DNA of 64,000 nucleotides from NCBI GenBank assembly GCA_013239625.1, contig MU057036.1, positions 6,290,903 to 6,354,902 on the forward strand, in the 5' to 3' direction. The notes under the pieces were generated by a model. The model worked only from the letters and a program-made list of their open reading frames with translations. It ran no database searches and was not told where the DNA came from. The DNA is from Lama guanicoe (Eukaryota). Below are positions 60,975-64,000 of this stretch, piece after piece. Position 1 is the stretch's first letter. Each line of letters begins with the position of its first letter. The position numbers and the translations under genes were made by a program.

Positions 60975-61020
60975 CCTCCAATGACCATGCTCTTAGCCAA
61001 TGGCAGGCAAAATGGCGGCA
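60975..61020 (+). promoter_or_regulatory. CCAAT (NF-Y) plus YY1 motif module
   Basis: CCAAT 60978-60982, AGCCAATGG (CCAAT 60997-61001), CAAAATGGCGGC 61008-61019. Confidence 0.35.
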
Positions 61021-61574
61021 AATACACCAGCAATCACCATGCCATTATTGCCAACGGCTTTCAAGAGAGAGCTGGACGTTTCCTTCTCTTCTAGGGTCTG
61101 AAGTGGGATAGCAGAGGAGAAACATCTCCTGGTGCGGGCATAAGTGAAAATGCCTCATGTTACTTTCATCTATTATGTTATACCCCGTCCCATCCTACCA
61201 TCCCACCAGATGACACGTGTGATGGATGTATGGTATGATCTGATTTTTTTTAAGAGAAAAAAAGTTATTTAAAGCTTGAATAAACCTCTTAGGAAATTCC
61301 AGTTTGTAGTTTTGTTTTGTTTTATTTCATTTTTTGCCTCTTTCTTTGGTAGTTTGATCTTGAGGTTAATAGAGAAAAGATGTTGTAAAGACATCTCTAA
61401 AAATGTAAAAGATGGGGAATGAGGGATGCTTTCTGAGTCAAGCGGAGTTTATTTTGAAACTGGAGTCCGCGTGCAGTTTGATGGGATAATGAGGCAGAGA
61501 GATGCAAAGGGTTAACAGCATGGAAGAGAGTTTGCGGGCTTGATGACGGGGTAATGAAAATAGGAATGGTGGTC

Positions 61575-61620
61575 CACGTGAGGCAGTGAGAGAGGGAAGA
61601 AGGGAGGTTGCTAGGCAACT
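61575..61620. promoter_or_regulatory. RFX X-box palindrome with adjacent E-box
   Basis: GTTGCTAGGCAAC 61607-61619; CACGTG 61575-61580. Confidence 0.4.
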
Positions 61621-62109
61621 TCTCGGGGGCAGAGGAGAGAATCTTGAGGGAGGAGGCACTTTCAAAAGTGCTGCTGTGTGCTGTGGGTGGCTATCTGTGG
61701 CCGGAACAAACAGACCCGAGAGGCTAGTCACACCTAGTTGGCAGCCGGCTGTTCATCCCGAGCTGCTTCCTGCAATCATAATAAACATTCAGGAAGAGTC
61801 AAGGGCACAGAGCTCCAGGAGGAGTGTGGCAAACAGTCGGAAAGGCAGCCGGGGTGCCAAACAGAAACGAAAGCTGTTTATTCTACAATTTGTGCCACGG
61901 AGGAGATAATGGCATGGCGGTTGGTGCCAAGGGTTATGGTTAAAAATACATTCACTGAGTGCCAACTAGATACTCTGTTAGTCAGTGGGAGGAAACAAAG
62001 GTAAACCAAACATGATCCTTGTCTGTAGGCAGCTCCCGATCTGGTGGGGGAGAAAGGCACAAGACACGTGTGTTGTGAATTAGCTATAGTTCCCGGGTAG
62101 AAAATAAAG

Positions 62110-62310
62110 CCGAATCGTTGAGAGGATGGACTCTGGAGTGGAGTTCGAATCCCAGTCTGCATCACGCTAGCTGTGACCTTGCAGAAACTCTTCTCTCATC
62201 TGTAAAACACAAATGATAAGGGTACCTTGACATAAGGTTGCTATTAGAACAGACTGTGTTGACAATTGCGAAGTGCTAAGGACAATGTGTAGCAAACAGT
62301 AACGTTTGTG
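62110..62310 (+). mobile_element. MIR SINE
   Basis: 'ggactctggagt..agttcgaatcccagtctgc...ctagctgtgacctt...ctcatctgtaaaa'. Confidence 0.75.
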
Positions 62311-62380
62311 AAATAAGTTCTGGAGAGAGGTAAGGAACCAAGGCTAGGAGTGCAGAATTGAATGTGGCATATGTACTTTT

Positions 62381-62485
62381 TTTTTTTTAATGCTTCCTTT
62401 TAAAGAAATTTTTCAAATTGAAGTATAGTCAGTTTACAACGTTGTGTCGATTTCTGGTGTACAGCATCATGTTTCAGTCATACGT
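62381..62485 (-). mobile_element. Very short L1 3' tail insertion with TSD
   Basis: 'aattgaagtatagtcagtttacaacgttgtgtc..tttctggtgtacagc'; TSD tggcatatgtac at 62365-62376 and 62486-62497. Confidence 0.88.
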
Positions 62486-64000
62486 TGGCATATGTACCTT
62501 TTGATATGCACATACTTGTATAAAGGTGGTACCCAGCTAAGGTCCACCTGTGATGCTGGGACCCATCTACTTCCCAACTGCTGTCTCAGATGGCTCTTTG
62601 GTTATCGTACTGGATGTTGTACACCACTGTAAGTCACCTTCTCTGGGTGAAAGGAATCATGTCTTTCAAACTCAGATCTGTAGCCTAAGGTAGAGCTGAG
62701 CTGCAACGCTGGCCTTTTCTGTCCCCCAGAATAAGGATGAGTGCACACCAATCACGGTACTTCCCCTTTGCCATCAGCAGAGCTCCACTCCAGCTCCGCT
62801 GTCTTCTCTCTGTCCACAAAGTTCCCAGCTGCCCTACCCAGCTAGACTGCCTCTGGCTTTCCCAAGACATTTCCATGTGTCCAGAATGGACGCACTGAAA
62901 GCCTGGCATTTCCAACCTTCCCGGCCAGGTAAGCATGTTGCCTATTGGGCAGAAATAAATGTAGATGTGCGGACCAGCACATGGTGTTCTTTACTGTCCC
63001 AGACCTGTCCCCTGCAAGGCATCTGTGACACTTGGCTGGCAGGCCCCTGGGCCAGCCAACTGCTGCAGATAGAGGTGACTCCAGGATGTCAGCTGTACAG
63101 CCGACAGGGTATTTATGGCACAAACACTTTGCAGAAGAGAGAGAGGGGGAGAGATCAGAGAGGAAGAGGGAAAGTCCTGAAAACCCATTTTCTCTGCCGG
63201 CCCCGGGCTCCCTCTGTTCCTCCACTCCTCTATTCTGCCCTCATCACCATCGGGGCCACCAACCCAGGGTCCAGATCACCTAGGTCCACACTGACCCAGA
63301 GCACTCACTCTATGCTCAGGATATGTCAGGAGAGACTGCACTATCAGTCCCTGGAAGGTCCCAGTTTTCTTCTCCAAAGGAGCTGTTTTGGTCAGTTCAG
63401 ATAAAGGTGGAGTTGCAGAGTTCTCGCACCGACTCCACGCCTGAGGGCATCTGACTGGAAAGTGGAAAAGTCTCTCTTCAAATGCCTTGCTTCCGTGGTA
63501 AACCATCATTTTTATCTTTAAGGACCAGGGCCTCTCTGGGGAGAGAATGAAATGCTACCCTACTACTCTGTTTTGGCCCCACGTGGTCTGCTGGCTCTCC
63601 ACCTTCACCCATCTGCTCGGCTGGCCTGGGGCCCACTTACAAGTTGATCTGACCCTTGACCTCAGGCACACATCCAAGGCCGCATGGGCTTAGATGGCGG
63701 GTCTGAGTCACGCCGGAGGTACCATCTGTCCTGCAGGAAGACCATCTTCGGCGTCAGTCCTGAAGCATTGGCTCCATATTTCAATCACAGCTGGTAGCAG
63801 TGATTTGCCAAAATGAGATACCTGCACAGTCAGGCAAGGAAAGCACACGCTTCAGTGACAACTTTAAATGTTTCAAGTCACAGGAGGATCCCTTGGGAAA
63901 ATAGAACAACAAAATTAATGAAATTAGAAAATTACTCAAAAATCAGGAATTGCCAAGACACTTAGAAAACCCCAGGAAGAGTCTTACCCCTTGAGGAATA

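Noticed and set aside
1-64000. The listed single-exon ORFs as protein-coding genes
   Set aside because: Short, often with non-ATG starts, many inside repeats or spanning Ns; none resembles a protein family I recognise apart from L1 ORF2 remnants

Overview
Mammalian, almost certainly camelid (camel/alpaca/llama), intergenic or deep-intronic DNA. The assignment rests on seven tRNA-Ala-derived Vic-1-type SINEs and artiodactyl-type L1 3' ends. No protein-coding gene, functional RNA gene or prokaryotic system can be confidently recognised; the ORF track is chance ORFs plus L1 ORF2 C-terminal remnants. Much of the window is interspersed repeats: young L1 and Vic-1 with TSDs, ancient MIR/L2/L3, MaLR/ERVL/ERV1 solo LTRs, and hAT/Mariner fossils, some nested. 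The most interesting signal lies in repeat-poor islands with regulatory motifs: a perfect SOX-OCT composite with CCAAT and CRE (13.4-14.2 kb), a PBX-MEIS/PBX-HOX/AP-1/TCF block (51-52 kb), and CCAAT+YY1 and RFX sites (61 kb). There is also a speculative phase-compatible + strand exon chain that could encode a ~92-aa or 28-aa product. Repeat family names come from recalled consensus sequences and boundaries are approximate unless TSDs are given.
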